A stretch of DNA of 61,210 nt, the filler included, from Platydemus manokwari (taxonomy: Eukaryota): NCBI GenBank assembly GCA_037951405.1. It is 4 parts of 4 records of this genome, joined end to end, with 100 filler letters (N's around TTAATTAATTAA, not from the genome) between each part and the next. Parts side by side here need not be neighbours in the genome. Positions count along the whole stretch, not along the records: positions 31,573 to 41,328 come from JBBMOY011209210.1; positions 41,429 to 61,210 come from JBBMOY011755840.1; 2 more parts are not named here. One strand, given 5' to 3'. The position numbers and the translations under genes are program-made. Shown here in pieces: positions 39,141 through 52,599 of this stretch. Within the stretch, counting starts at the first letter, position 1; each line of letters starts with the position of its first letter. A model generated the notes under the pieces. It had not been told where the DNA came from, searched no databases, and saw only the letters and a list, made by a program, of their open reading frames with translations.

Positions 39141-41249
39141 AACCGATTTATTTTAATTAAAATTTTGAACTTTCCAGTCATGTTAATGATCTACCTTAGA
39201 AAATTTTAACTTTAATCTTCAGATATTTTCTTACTGATAAAAAAGAATTCTTTTTTGCCGGCCCATATACATTAAAACAAAAAAAATATCTTTTGATGAT
39301 TTATAATGCATTTATATTCTTTAAAATTAAATTTTTATAAAAATATTAATTTGTTTTGAATAAATTATAATTAAAATATAAATTGGTGTCGTGATTTGTT
39401 TTAAAAGCGCTTACAATATTAATTTATAAAATCCTTTAAATTTAAATTTTGAAATCCTCACAATTATAATTGAGATCAATCTTGATATTGATTTCCAGAT
39501 TTAAGTTTTCATAAAACCATAAAGATAATGATATTAAGTATGGTTATAATATTAAACTTTATTATAATATTGCATCATCTTCATTATCATTGGACCATTT
39601 AAGTACTGAGCATACAAATCATTTATTATTACCATTCATCATTATTCATCATTTCTTTTCTATACTTTTTCAAAATCCTTTTTGAATATTTACGCCGATT
39701 TTTCATACAAATCTACTCTGTATGGCCTATTCTATCAAAATATTGTCTTTACGATATAATTAGAAGATCTAATCGATTGCTACTCATTTATTGTTAGTAT
39801 TATTGAATGGTGTGCACACACAATAGTACACGCCCACAATGACACGGTTTTTATCTGAGACTGTGTGCACACACTGAAATACTGTAGAAAATTACTTCGA
39901 TAAATTTCGGTGATATTGAGAATGAGAAATATAAAATTATTATAATTAATTATAAAATAATAAATTAAAAAAATTCTGATATAATATTTGTTTAAATATA
40001 AAAATAAAAATTCAATGTTGGTATTTATTTTAAAATACTATTCTTTGATTAAGATTTAAAATAATTAAAAATCTCTCATAAAGAGCGTTTGTTTAAATTA
40101 AGGATAAACAAAAGGTTTTTATTCAAATTTTCTGATTTCACAAAAAATGATGCACAAAAATGAAGTATTAGCAGCTGACATTTAAATTTACCTTTTATTC
40201 CATGTTAATCTTATATAATATATTATCTTTTAATTAATCCAATCTTTAAAATCATTAGATACTGCGTTTATAATTTGTTCCAGATCGATTATTTATTATA
40301 TTTTATTTTATATTTTCATGACTTCATCATATGGATTGTTCATCGATGTATTATGTAATTCTTGTTCGTGTTAGCTATTGTAAAGCTCTTTACTTTATTT
40401 TTATTTTACACTTATCCTGAATCCTGAATAAATTCCCGATGATATTACTTTGAGATTTCTTGTAATACTTTTTGTATAAATTATTATTATAAATAATATC
40501 TTGTACCAGCCAAAATATGCTCCAGTCTTATTTAATGGTGAATTCGGAAATTAAAAATATAGCTTATATATTAGTATTGTTCATTATTATTTCGTATCAA
40601 TGTCAAATCAAATGGTTGATGAACAATCCAATGAGTAAGATAAATAAATTTAAATATTAGTTTACAAAATCAGTATGTAAGTTTGTTTCCCTGATTAAAA
40701 ATGGCATTTAAATTGCTTTTCATCTCTGCATACTTTCCAAGGCTTAATCTTATGTTATCTTGGTCCTTATAAATTCTCATTACTCCCCCGAAATAATATC
40801 CCATTTCTTCCAATAAATGGCGCAGTGTTTATAGAATTTTCGACTATTTAAATGGCGTTAATTAGCGGGTTCAACGGTATTAATAAATTCCTTTAATTAA
40901 TCAATAAAAAATAAATATACTAATAAATTAGCTCAGTACAAGTATTTGAAAGCGATCTCAAATTGTCCAGGAAATCAAATAACACAGTATAGCGAAAATA
41001 AATTACGTTGTTAATTAAAATCATATGCTACACTATGCAATGGAACAATATGAAAGGAAAATTACAAACAATGATTATCACCATGCTTTTGTTTTAAATA
41101 TAAATAGCTTATTTTTATTCAATGAGAAAGAAAACTAAAGGAATTTAATCGTTTTTTTTCCAACTTATAATTAGAAAATATTCTTGTTGTGTTGAGTGAG
41201 ATTTATTTAAATGGACATATTCTGATATTGGATAAATATTCGATAATAA

Positions 41250-41251
<2 letters not shown>

Positions 41252-41316
<65 letters not shown>

Positions 41317-41328
41317 GAAGAAGAAGAA
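41252..41328. repeat. (AAT)n(AAG)n microsatellite at contig end
   Basis: About 21 AAT units, then AAG units running into the gap. Confidence 0.95.
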
Positions 41329-41428
41329 NNNNNNNNNNNNNNNNNNNNNNNNNNNNNNNNNNNNNNNNNNNNTTAATTAATTAANNNNNNNNNNNNNNNN
41401 NNNNNNNNNNNNNNNNNNNNNNNNNNNN
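41329..41428. other. Assembly gap with artificial TTAATTAATTAA spacer
   Basis: Same 100-nt N-linker-N structure. Confidence 0.98.
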
Positions 41429-41715
41429 CACAGGAATATTTCCTTTAAAACAAGTATTTGGATTTTTAGAAAGTTATAACAGACTATTACATCTTATGAT
41501 GATTAGGTTAACTTTAAATAAAAATAATAATGACATGAAAATTTTTTATGGAACAAAAGATAAAGGAGAATTAACTATTAAAGCCATCCATTGTATCATC
41601 AAATGTTTTCCTGTGTAGCACATAGTTATTCCTACCGCTTGTATCACTGCCTAACTGGCTCTTAATATTTTTTTCCCTTTTGTCATTGTTTCTCTTTCTT
41701 CAGCATACCTCCCTA

Positions 41716-44104
41716 CTATTTTTCTTTTCTTACTCGAGATTCTCTTAGCTGTTCTTCTAACTGTCTTATCTTATCTTCCTCCGCTATTAATTCATTGTAT
41801 ATATTTTCTTTTTCTACTTGTTTCAGCCGTGACTGCTCTTCTTCCTCTCCTTCTCCTTGGTTTTCTATTGCTATCATCATTTTCTGAGTTGCTTTCGGGT
41901 TTTGTCGAAGCTTATTTATTCTGTATTCTAGTGCTGTTGTGTCCTCTGCCTTTTTACATAGGTTAATGTGCACTACTGTTGGATCCGCATTCTTATTTTT
42001 GATAACATATAGATTTATATCAGTGACTTTTACCACTTTATATGGCCCTTTACACGGTCGTTGAAAATTTGGCGTTAATCCATTTTTCGTTTCCAATGCA
42101 TAGACTCTCACCTTGTCTCCTATTTTAAAGTTGTGCTCCTTTGCTTTTTTATCGTAGTAAACCTTATATTGCTCTTGTCTATATTTGTTATTCAACTAAG
42201 CCTTCTGGTATACTTTGTTCAAACTTTCTTTCATTACTGTGACATATTCCTGCTCTTCCATTAATTGTGATGTTGTTGGTAAATAGGTTAGATCTATAGG
42301 TAAAAACGTTTCCCTCAGGTACATTAAATAAAATGGCGAATATCCTGTTGTTTCATTTATTGCCGTATTGTAAACGAATAGACATGGTCTTATGTATTCA
42401 TCCCAATCATTTTGCTGATAGCTTACGAAATTAGCTAGCATATTTTGGAGCATCTGGTTATATCTTTCCACTAAACCGTCCATTTGTGGATGATATGGAG
42501 ATGTGTTTAATTTCTTAATTTTAAATAACTCTGTTGTTTCTTGTATGATATTACTCAAAAAATCCTTTCCTCTGTCTGTTGATAATTTACTCGGCACTCC
42601 CTATTTAAATATTATTTCTTCTACCAGAATTTTTGCTATGGTTTCCGCCTTATGGTTCTCCGTTGCAAATGCTTCTGCTGTCCTGGTAAAATAATCACAA
42701 AACATTATTATATACTTATTCCCCTTAATTGTTGTTGGCAGTGGCCCCATGACATCCACGGCACATAATTCCATTAGCCTTGTCACCGGTGGTATTGGTT
42801 TCAAAGGAACCTTTTTTCATTTCCCCGTATTTTTTCATGTTGCACACAACATGCATTGCTTACACCATTGTTCTACATCATTGCTCATATTTTCCAAGTA
42901 ATACTTCTGCCTTATTTTCCCAAGATTTTTTTCCTAGATAAATATCCTCCTAATGCTCCATCGTGGTATACTAATAACAGCTGCTGTTGCATCTCTACTA
43001 CCGTTAGTAGATTTACTCCATCTTGATATTTCATAATTCCGTCTGCTGTTATCTGGTATCCTGCTGGTATCATTTCATTATTCATGGTCGCTCCCTCCTT
43101 CTTCTTTTTCTCTAGCCTCTTTATTATATTCCTTCTTATCTTTTTAGGTGGCTGTCTCTCATTTAAGCTTCCTTGATGTCTTTCTCCCCAGTCGTTTTCA
43201 ACATGCTATTTACAAAGACTTCTTCTGCATTTATTTCTAATATTGATTTATTCTCCTTTCATTCTGGTATTCGTGATAATGAATCTGCATTAGCATTTGA
43301 TTTCCCTGATCTTTACACTATTTTTATGTTATGATCTTGTAGTTTTAGTTGAATAATTCTTTTCTACGCCCTTCAGCGATCTACTGGCATACGCTATTGC
43401 GTGATCCGATTCTCCCTCGTCTTGCTGTCCCAACACTGCTCCAAGTGCTCCCCCACTTGCATCGGTCATTATTATAAATGGTTTTTCCATATTTGGGTAT
43501 CTTAATACTGGTACTTCTAACAATGATTTCCCATGAGGGTTTATAGGTTTTACTCTCGGTATCATCATCGGGCTTACGACCATCGTCATGGTGGGTTTCC
43601 ATAATGAACAACTCATCCATCGAACTCAACTTCAGTTCTTTCACCGTGAGCAGATTTTCTTATATTTCTTTCACTAACTCCTTTTCTTCTCGAGCACTTT
43701 TCTGGTTCATCGCCTCCATTTCTTGCTCACTATTAACCATGCATATGTTGAGAGCTTCATCTTCTCAATGTCTCCACATCATTATAGGCCACCGCTTCTA
43801 TGGCTTTTTGAGATCCCTGTGGATTGTTCTGCCTTTGCCTACATGTGGTTATTTTATCTCCAAATTTGTTACAAAATTCTTCCAGTGCTATTCATCCTAT
43901 CTCTTTGATAATTACTGTATTTTTTTTGATTATTGTCATAATTTCTTCTATTATACCTGTCTGCTGACTGACTTCTAGGTCTATTACCCCTCTGCATTTC
44001 ATTATTATTATTATTATTATTGTAATTGCTTCTATAATTCCTCCCTTAGCCATCAAAATTTTGAGTTTTGAATTGTGAATAATAATTATTATTACTCTTT
44101 CCTC
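41716..44104 (-). mobile_element. Decayed Ty3/Gypsy retrotransposon: RNase H and integrase remnants, RT missing
   Basis: RNase H segment PVLRYPNMEKPFIIMTDASGGALGAVLGQ..AIAYASRSL (43329-43530); integrase zinc finger (YHDGALGG..WCKQCMLC); core AVDVMGPLP..TDRGKDF..YHPQMDGLVERYN; GPY/F module KGPYKVV. In-frame stops and frameshifts throughout. Confidence 0.92.
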
Positions 44105-44886
44105 TGTAAACACGATTATTCGATTGAAATTGCAAACAACAAAAATTTAGCTAAATGGCCGGCACGTTGCCTCAGCAAGTAGCCAGCATAAATACGAAAG
44201 CGGACGAAGGAAAGATGCGTGATGAGATGGAGAGAAACTTCGACAATTATATCTAGTATTAAGTCGTTTAATCATAAAAGTTACTCACAAATTATTAAAT
44301 AATTTAAATGATGCATGAAACAATGTTACGACAAGTTGATAAACGTCTTACTTTTAGCTAAACGAAAAATATCTGTGTTTTCAATGCTAAAATATTCTGC
44401 AATTCCTGATTTTCAGAAAAAGCCTTGTGTTTCTTGTAAATCCTTTCTTGTGCGCAAATCGAAAAAATCCTCGTCCGGAAAGTTTTGTCGTGAGCTTGTA
44501 AAATTACGAAATTGTGAACTTGTAACAATTGCAAAGTTGCGAAGTTGTGAATTTTCGAAATTGTGTCTGCGTCTGTACTGGACTCAGTGTTTATATTTTG
44601 CTGAGCCAGCCTCTACTTACTATTTTTGGTAACACATTTTTGTTACGGACAGTAATTTACATACTGTCTACATTTTTAAGATTTTTTAATTGTTTTTTTC
44701 CCATATTAGTTATTAATTTGAACTTTATCTTATTATATAATTGTTCTTATTCTTATTTTATTATTATTATTTTCTTTTATTATTTATTTTATATTTAATT
44801 TCGTCATTTTATAACTTAATATTTTCTTTTATCATCCTATTTTATATTCATTGTCGTTATCCCTCATCGCCCGCATTCTCCCTTCA
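44105..44886. mobile_element. LTR-like repeat interrupting or abutting the Gypsy remnant
   Basis: Bounded by TG (44105) and CA (44876), with a purine tract GAAGGGAGAA on the minus strand next to the right end. No coding capacity. Confidence 0.3.
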
Positions 44887-46229
44887 TTCCTTTATTCATA
44901 CATAACCCTCGTAATAATAAATAATACATTATAAAGATATAATAAATTATCATAACAAACAATAATAAAATTGGACATAATAAATTGTTATAACAAGCAC
45001 TAATAAAATTGGATAAGCAGTCATAGATTGTTATATCAAACACTAATAAGTCGATATGATAATTGAATATTGGGATAATATGTTGTTGACATTTTGAGCT
45101 TGAATTTGGATCGACTTTGGATTGGAATAAATGATTGGTCTGCTTTAGAATATCTGCTTCCATAGCTGAAGGCTTATTTGTTATGTACATGCGTTTCCTA
45201 TTGGATGTGTGTGCTATGTAAAGGGTGTATGAGTTATAATTTGTGACGAGTGGGTTAATTATATTTTGTGAGTTTGTGATGAGTGGGGATCCCAACATAT
45301 CGTTTGCAAGCGTTCCTATAAGACTATATTTTTTCCTTTTGAGATAATTGTTCCTCAAATTCATATCCTCTTTAATGAAAAAGCAATCTTAACATACATT
45401 TGGCATTGTCTTATCCATAAATCTTGCTTATTTTTAAAAAAACTCTGTAAAATTTTCCTGGTATGATTCAATGGATAATACCATTTTCTTACTTATTCTA
45501 TTATTCGGGGTTTCTAAATTATTTACCACTGGTTTTCTTCCGTTTTTGGAATTACATTTGAAAACTATTAAAAACTATGTATTGATTATTTGACATATTA
45601 CAAGAAAAACTTTATTGGAACAAGTTGATTTTAATATATAAATATTTTAAAACTATTAACAACAAACATTGAACTGTTAACGTTTATGAATATAAATATT
45701 ATGGTATACCTTTATGGTTTCGTTAGTTTAACTTTTTGTTAATTACAGGTTTCTTTATTTTTAATATATTGTCGTTTATCACTTAGAGATATTCAATAAT
45801 ACCTTTCAAATTTTGAAGAGTACTTTCAATGTATTGAAATATATAATAGATAAATGGATGTTTTATATAATCATCAAACAGCTACTATCAAGATAATCTA
45901 ACCAAAAATGATAATCTAATCATTGTTCACTTTGAGAATGAGATTTTGTCAATTCAGTGAATCATGTTTATTTTAAAAATCCCAATTTAAATGTTCACGT
46001 GATTTTATACTCATGATACCATTTGTTAACTTAGTTGTCGAATTCCATTGATGGCTTTGTATTGTGGATGGATATGAATGACCGTTAACGCGTGCTCTGT
46101 GTGCTTAAAATATTTTGAATATTATTTCAAGGTGTCCGTAAGTACCTTAATTAAATTGAGTGTGCCAAGTAAGTAAACTTACATCAAGAAACATAGAAAA
46201 AAGCACTAGAGAAAAGTTATCATAGAGTA

Positions 46230-48383
46230 ATGTTACAGCGTAAGGGCCAGCACATTAAATACCTTGAAGACGAAAAACAAATACCTTGAGAGCCAAACAA
46301 TCCAAGTCAGTCACAATTAAACGAGCTGAACCCATCCCACACACTAGAAATCCGCCACTGCTATCAGCGGTTGTTGAAATCACAAATAGAGACCTTCACA
46401 TAATCCACTACCTTTGTTATAGATAGAGGACACGAGGAATACAAGCTTAATAATATGGGATCAGCAGAAGTAAAGGTCAACACCTCGTTAAATGATGTGA
46501 ACCGGTTTCAACAGAAAACATCAGGTAAAACATGCGCATGGTCGCTAAAGTGAACATTACGATACAACGTAATATTACTTACTTATTAGGACCAAAACGA
46601 TAATTAATTCAAGAGCCACATCAAGTTGTAGAATGAAGCAATGGAAAAATGAGGCAGACAACGTGCAAGAAAAGACATCACCAGTGGGTCGAGGTTCTTT
46701 GTCAAAAAAAATTACAAGACGTAGGACCGAACACGATTCTATTTAAATATAAAATAGCGGATACATACGGAATAAAATCAAACTATTTAATAGGAATTAG
46801 AAACATCGCAAGACATAGCCGTCCAAACTATTTTAAATTGACTAAAATCTGAATGGTCGTTATGCCTAATTATGTTCCAGATAGGATATCGATCCTTAGC
46901 ACGTAAAATCATGCTCTAGAAATTCGACAATAATATCCCAATTTAGAATCCACGATACAAGACCAGGTACAACATATAATGTATGAAGAGGAAATTGGTA
47001 ACTTAGTGTTTGATGAAGAAAAACAATTCAGACTCCCGATGAGACAGCTTAATCAACAGCGTCACACTAAAAACAATTAACGGATCAGCACGACCAAGTA
47101 AAATCACATCAAAACATGAACCCATATTGATGCCAGCAATTTAAAGAGAATACTGTATTGAAAAAGAAAAGCGATATAGAAATACTTCCTATAATTTTGA
47201 TATGCATCCCAACAGAGGTTGACATGAATTCTAACCAACCAGGACTGATCAAATCGACAAATCAGAAAAAAGAATATCTGGTTTTTACCAAAAATTCTCA
47301 ACAAGCAACCAAAAAAGTAATCAAAAAGACTAAGGTACTAGACAAAAGGGTCATTAATCATACATAATAAGAGTAAGAAATACTGATAAACATACGGTGT
47401 TTCAGGAGAATTGCAGCCCGAAATTAAAAGTACAAACTACAACAGATGAGAATCAAGATCACCGACGGCAATGGAATAACCAGAGTGGAGGAGGACGATG
47501 ACATTGTGAAGTTAACCGAAGAATGGAACAGAAAATGAAGATAACTGAAATCACGACATTATAATTTTGTGATTATCAACTTTGTGCATTGTAATAACCT
47601 TCCGTTTTAATTTATGTTATTTCGCTATATGCAATCTGTTTGATATATTTTAATCGTACTCACGTTTTCGAAACGAAAATCTTAGAGTGGGCAGATATGT
47701 TATGAAATTTTAAAATTTCATAACGTTGCCACGGAAAAGGTAGGTAAACACATAGGAACTTCAAATTTAAATAAGTGGTCATGCCAACTTTATAAATCAT
47801 TATGGTTAATTATTTAAAAATTAATACATTCGTCATTCCACAAATAAAATACTATATAAACAACATCAGTCATAAATTTCGCACTTCAAAGCACTTAGCA
47901 AAATCACATTTAAACTCAGCGTTTACATTTTTGCACAATAATCTGTGGAATAATCATATTTTTCGTCAGTAAATTAATCATTATTCCTTTATGGATCATT
48001 CGTTCAATCAATAATTGTAACTCACATTATGTGGATATATTATCTCAATTATTGTTCATGAATTAGTTATGATAAATTCCTTTTATGGTAACTTTTAAAA
48101 TTGCATCGATCTCCGTCAAGAGATTCGTTGAATACCTTTAATCAACCGACTAGAAAGTCATAAGAATTTGAAGTGTGACCAAGTAATCCCAGATCACCAG
48201 ATAAGTATAATTGAAATTGGAAAAATTAAATATCAAATTAAAACATCAAATATAAATATCGAGGGAATTATAATTTTATTGGATTTTATGTGTTGATGGT
48301 AAATACGTATTGAGTAGCACGGCCTTTATTGACAACATGTTTTTATTAATAACCCCAGAACGTTAAGTAACTCTTGATAACCA
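46230..48383 (+). mobile_element. Heavily decayed Gypsy-like 3' region with PPT and 3' LTR
   Basis: Chromodomain-like remnant KVLDKRVIN..EILI near 47330-47395. TTTCGAAACGAAAATCTTAGAGTGGGCAGATA|TGTTAT resembles a Gypsy PPT/LTR junction at 47697, with a TATA-like ctatataaa near 47852. Outer boundaries are approximate. Confidence 0.5.
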
Positions 48384-48703
48384 TCGGGGACATTAATTAT
48401 AAAAGAATGTAATTTCAAAGTATTGCAAAAAAACATAGACCACCAACAATAAACAAACAGAACGAATTTCCAGTGAAGAAACAAAATTTTATGTTAAAAA
48501 ATTATAGTGAATTAATTTAATAGCAATTTGATGTATTTAATTGTCGAAAATATTAAATATTATAATCCAAATTATCATTATAAATACATTATAATAGACA
48601 AAAATTCCAAACATACAAACCGAAAATAATTTTTTTAAATAATTTAAATACGACATACTTTTAAATACAAAACCATAAAAATTAAAAACACAAAAAATTA
48701 ACA

Positions 48704-49609
48704 TTAATCAAGTAATCCGAAAGGTATTTCTAAGTGGGAGCAACTATTAGGCAATTTGTTAAAACTGTAATAATATAATAAATATGTTATATTATCAAAT
48801 CCTTTTTCGGCATCTTTCAGTTTTATTGAATTTTCATGGAAAATTAATTCATACGATAAAATAAGAAATTCATCCCAAACATCCAAATAGAGTTTATTCG
48901 ACTGAATATCACTTCTTACCAAATATGACCCATTGAAGCTTTTACTTTTAAGTAAATCAAGACTTTGTTGCTCTGTACCAGCGAAATTTGCACTTTTATA
49001 ATAATTATCACTATTAAACAATGGATCTGAATAATTAAAGACATTCGAAACGTCATGGTTTGAGATGTCATTTTCTGATTTACTGTGATGAACTCTATTG
49101 TCTGCAGAATTCTCCAACAGTATCAGATCGTTTACAAATGAATTCGTATTATCCTTCAAACTATATTCTGATTTAATTACGATTGAACTAGAATTGTCAC
49201 TAAAATCTAAATACTGTGGCTCATCGTTCAAATGAGGATCAAAAATGTAATCAAATGAAACAACTTGAAAATTTTTACGAACCTCTAAACATTTATAAAT
49301 CCAATCATTTAACTCATTCTGCGTACAAACTGAAAACTTAACAACATCCAGACTGCTAATGTACGGAATCATAGCAAAACAATAATTTTCAGTTGAAGAC
49401 ATATATGATTCAACTCGACTAAATTCCTTCAAAGAGAAAGTTGTGAATACTTTTTCCATCTTCTTTTGAGACTCGTAATACAAAGTTAACATACCATCCT
49501 TGTACAGAACACCATAATAAGAATTCCATTTAAATTTTTTATATTTGATAAATCCAAAATGAGCTACTTCACTTTTAAAATAAACACGCTTATTTTTTGA
49601 TATACTCAT
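48704..49609 (-). CDS. Intronless PH-domain plus C-terminal SH2-like adaptor protein
   Basis: N-terminal PH (FGFIKYKKFKWNSYYGVLYKDGMLTLYY...CTQNELNDWIYKC), a Ser/Asn-rich linker, and an SH2-like C-terminus (SLDLLKSKSFNGSYLVRSD...LYLDV...FDNITYLLYYY). The ORF is open from 49732; the likely ATG is 49609. Confidence 0.8.
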   Translation of the reverse strand: MSISKNKRVYFKSEVAHFGFIKYKKFKWNSYYGVLYKDGMLTLYYESQKKMEKVFTTFSLKEFSRVESYMSSTENYCFAMIPYISSLDVVKFSVCTQNELNDWIYKCLEVRKNFQVVSFDYIFDPHLNDEPQYLDFSDNSSSIVIKSEYSLKDNTNSFVNDLILLENSADNRVHHSKSENDISNHDVSNVFNYSDPLFNSDNYYKSANFAGTEQQSLDLLKSKSFNGSYLVRSDIQSNKLYLDVWDEFLILSYELIFHENSIKLKDAEKGFDNITYLLYYYSFNKLPNSCSHLEIPFGLLD

Positions 49610-49749
49610 TAATTTATGATATTTATATAAGACATTATACGATTGGCTAATACAATAACAATTCATACAGACAAACAAAAAACTATCTACGTATAATTTA
49701 ATATATTTTGAAAAATCGCAATAAAAATCCAAAACTTTATTTTACTAAA

Positions 49750-50201
49750 TTAAAATCTTAATTTTCTGTAAAACCATCTATTTTTTCCGGACAAATATCT
49801 AAAAGAATTAAATAAATACTACATTAAAATAACCTAAATAAATACTTTTCTTGTAACTTTGATTTAGCTTCAACTTTAGCAACATTCTTTGCTTTCTTGT
49901 CTTTGAAACAATCTTTGTTAACTTTGGTGTTATCTAATTGTAAATCAATGGTAAAACGAGTTGTCAAAAGATGATTGTAGTTCATGATCTTGACAAATGG
50001 CTTAACTTTTGATCTTGTCTTGATCTTCTTTTTACCCATACTTTTAGTTACTTCTCTTGGATATTCTTTAATTCCAACAACCAAAGCATGACCGTAAGCT
50101 TTATCAGAAGCTCCTTCATATGATTTAACAATAACTGCTTTTCTACCAGCATATCTACCAGCAGTCAAAATAACGATACGGTTAGCTTTCATGAAACGCA
50201 T
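49750..50201 (-). CDS. RPL27: 60S ribosomal protein L27 (eL27)
   Basis: Exon 49846-50201 (MRFMKANRIVILTAGRYAGRKAVIVK..YGHALVVGI..VKPFVKIMNYNHL), a 47-nt intron, and exon 49750-49798 (YLSGKNRWFYRKLRF*). Probable short 5'-UTR intron at about 50203-50259. Confidence 0.97.
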
Positions 50202-50889
50202 TCTTAAAATCAAAAAGTAAAATATAAAATATATATTTACACATATTAAAAATGCATACTTTGGAGTTTCAAATATTTTATTTGTATGAAATTTAAATTA
50301 TTTAAACAAACTTATTATAAACAAATAAAAAATTTCGTTAATAATATATGTTTAAAAATTCCAATAATTTTTTAGTAGTTGTCAAATTTTTAAAGAGATT
50401 GTAAATCAGTTTAGATCTATAATGTTTTATACAGGATTTGTGATGTAGGCTAAGTTCGTTAGTATTACTATCCTAAAATTTCAGATGGTTGCATCAAATC
50501 ATCAAGAACATTTTGAAAAAAAGTCTCATCAAAGAAGCCATAATTTTCGTAAAATTTATTTGGTTAGATTCATTGAATTGTTTGATATTATTTTTAAGGA
50601 ACGAATTTTTACGCAAATTAGAATTAAATAAGAACAGAGCGATTTCAAAGCAAGTCTCTGTTAGATCTCAAAACAAAAAACTAAACATGAATAATTTTTA
50701 TTAAAATTTTATATGTTTGCATTGCATTTATGACGTACGAAAATAATATTTGTGAATATTCTATTAGATTTTTATCAACATATTTGCCATCTACTACAGT
50801 GAGAATGAAATCAATATTATAAAAATGACACATAAGCTTCTGGTGCATTTGTGTGATAATTATAAAAAATAGAAATTTATTGATTAAAA

Positions 50890-51400
50890 TAAAACAATAA
50901 TGTTTGAACAAAGTTCTTCATAATAATGAAACACAAATATGAAGATAGCAAAAAATAAACTAGCAACTGTGCAAAGTCGTCCAGTAAAATGAAAGTACAA
51001 AGAACAAAAATCACAAAAATTCCAAAAGCTTAACCAGAACCAAATAGGATGATCAGAGATCACAAAAATAAAGGTGCAAACCAAAAATCAAAAACATAGT
51101 GAAAACAGGACAATTCCTAATTTATGGGGACTATATATCTATCATGAACAACTCACATAATTGACGATAAAAAAAGACTTATAAATATTTAGGATTTCTT
51201 TCAAAGCAATTGAAGTTTATTTATCAAGAGTTCATCAACTAGCGACCAAATTAAACTCCATTTTATTTTCACAAACCAGAGAACAATTGACTTATTATTA
51301 TTATGGATTGAACAAAAGTGTTTCCCCCAAATCCCAATCCCTTTTATTCTTTCTGAGAACATTTATTTAAATGTCTTGATTTCAACGCTTATGTAAAATT
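50890..51400 (+). mobile_element. Possible degenerate LINE fragment (ORF1/endonuclease region)
   Basis: A-rich, decayed coding-like sequence; tttatggggactat resembles the APE MGDFN motif. Confidence 0.3.
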
Positions 51401-51623
51401 TTAAGAATTTCATACTCAATTGTCCAATGATCTACATTGTGTCAAAGTAGATTTGTGTTTATCAGTTTGTAGGTTAAAGTAAATATTTTGTTCCATGTGT
51501 TGTTCTGCATTATTGTGAGAACTAGTATATAGCTGTACGATGGAGTCATAATTTAACAATATTAATTGTAGCATCTTAAGGTGAACTTCGATATTGACCC
51601 GTGAGTTGTAAATGAAACCTATC

Positions 51624-51650
<27 letters not shown>
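51624..51650. repeat. (AT)n microsatellite
   Basis: About 13 AT units. Confidence 0.9.
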
Positions 51651-51655
<5 letters not shown>

Positions 51656-52599
51656 GTGAGATATTAATATGTTGGGTATATCACAAATCAGTGAAAAGCG
51701 TCCCACAAATCAAAGAAAAACACTATAAATGGTCAATACACACAGACCTGATAAACCCACGTGCTATAAACCAATCAGATTCATTCTAATGTTAATCCAT
51801 ATTTATGAGCTAAGAATCAACAGGCTGATATCTCCAAAGGGTAGTTAGCTTAAATATCCGCCAATGGGTCGAGAGATGTAAGGAAAATCTCAAGTAAATC
51901 GATCTACAAACAAATTTAGCGAATTAAAATGGAGATCCGCGACATCAAACAGACACACCAGATGGGTCTATAAAAGAGGTTGAATTCCATGGATTCATGC
52001 CTGTCTTTTTTGGTCGGTAATTTCAATGCTAAGCTTATGTGTGATTTTAGTAATCGGTCTTTTTGTTTATTCTTCATCCTGTTTTTAACTTTCGGGCGCT
52101 GATGCCATCTTGAGTGATTTTCTTTGTGAATTGCGTAAAGATTTTTTATTGTTATTATTGAGAATTTGATTGCATTATTTTGGTTAATATAGATTTTCAT
52201 ATCGAATTTGTTATTCGAAAACGCAACAAATGCAATAATCGAAATTAGAGCAATGAAAATTAGTCACACAAAAATTTATCAAATTCAAACTAAATAACAA
52301 AATGAACAGGACGCTAACGTCAACAATCGATTAAACTGTAGTATTTGAAACTCTTATAAAATAAAGTAAAACTATTCACTTTGAAATAACACAGTGGTTA
52401 ATGATAAATCTTTATTGGAGAGAAATTAGTTTGGCCATTAGTTTTTGTCTGATTAAAGTCATCGAACGTAGTGGATTTCAAACCTGAATTTTTAACAAAA
52501 AATTCAAGGGGAAACATATGATATCAAGGCTTAATGATTTTTATTAAGGTTTGAGCGACAACATTTTATTGGTATCATTTATTATCCAATTATTTTGTA

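Noticed and set aside
50470-50704. Possible small plus-strand gene divergent from rpl27
   Set aside because: Splice-like sites exist, but no phase gives a convincing protein.
50884-51120. Hydrophobic minus-strand ORF suggesting a membrane protein or NUMT
   Set aside because: It is the reverse complement of A-rich decayed LINE-like sequence, with no mitochondrial gene motif. The same explanation fits ORFs 54980-55204 and 58305-58496, and probably 32397-32591.
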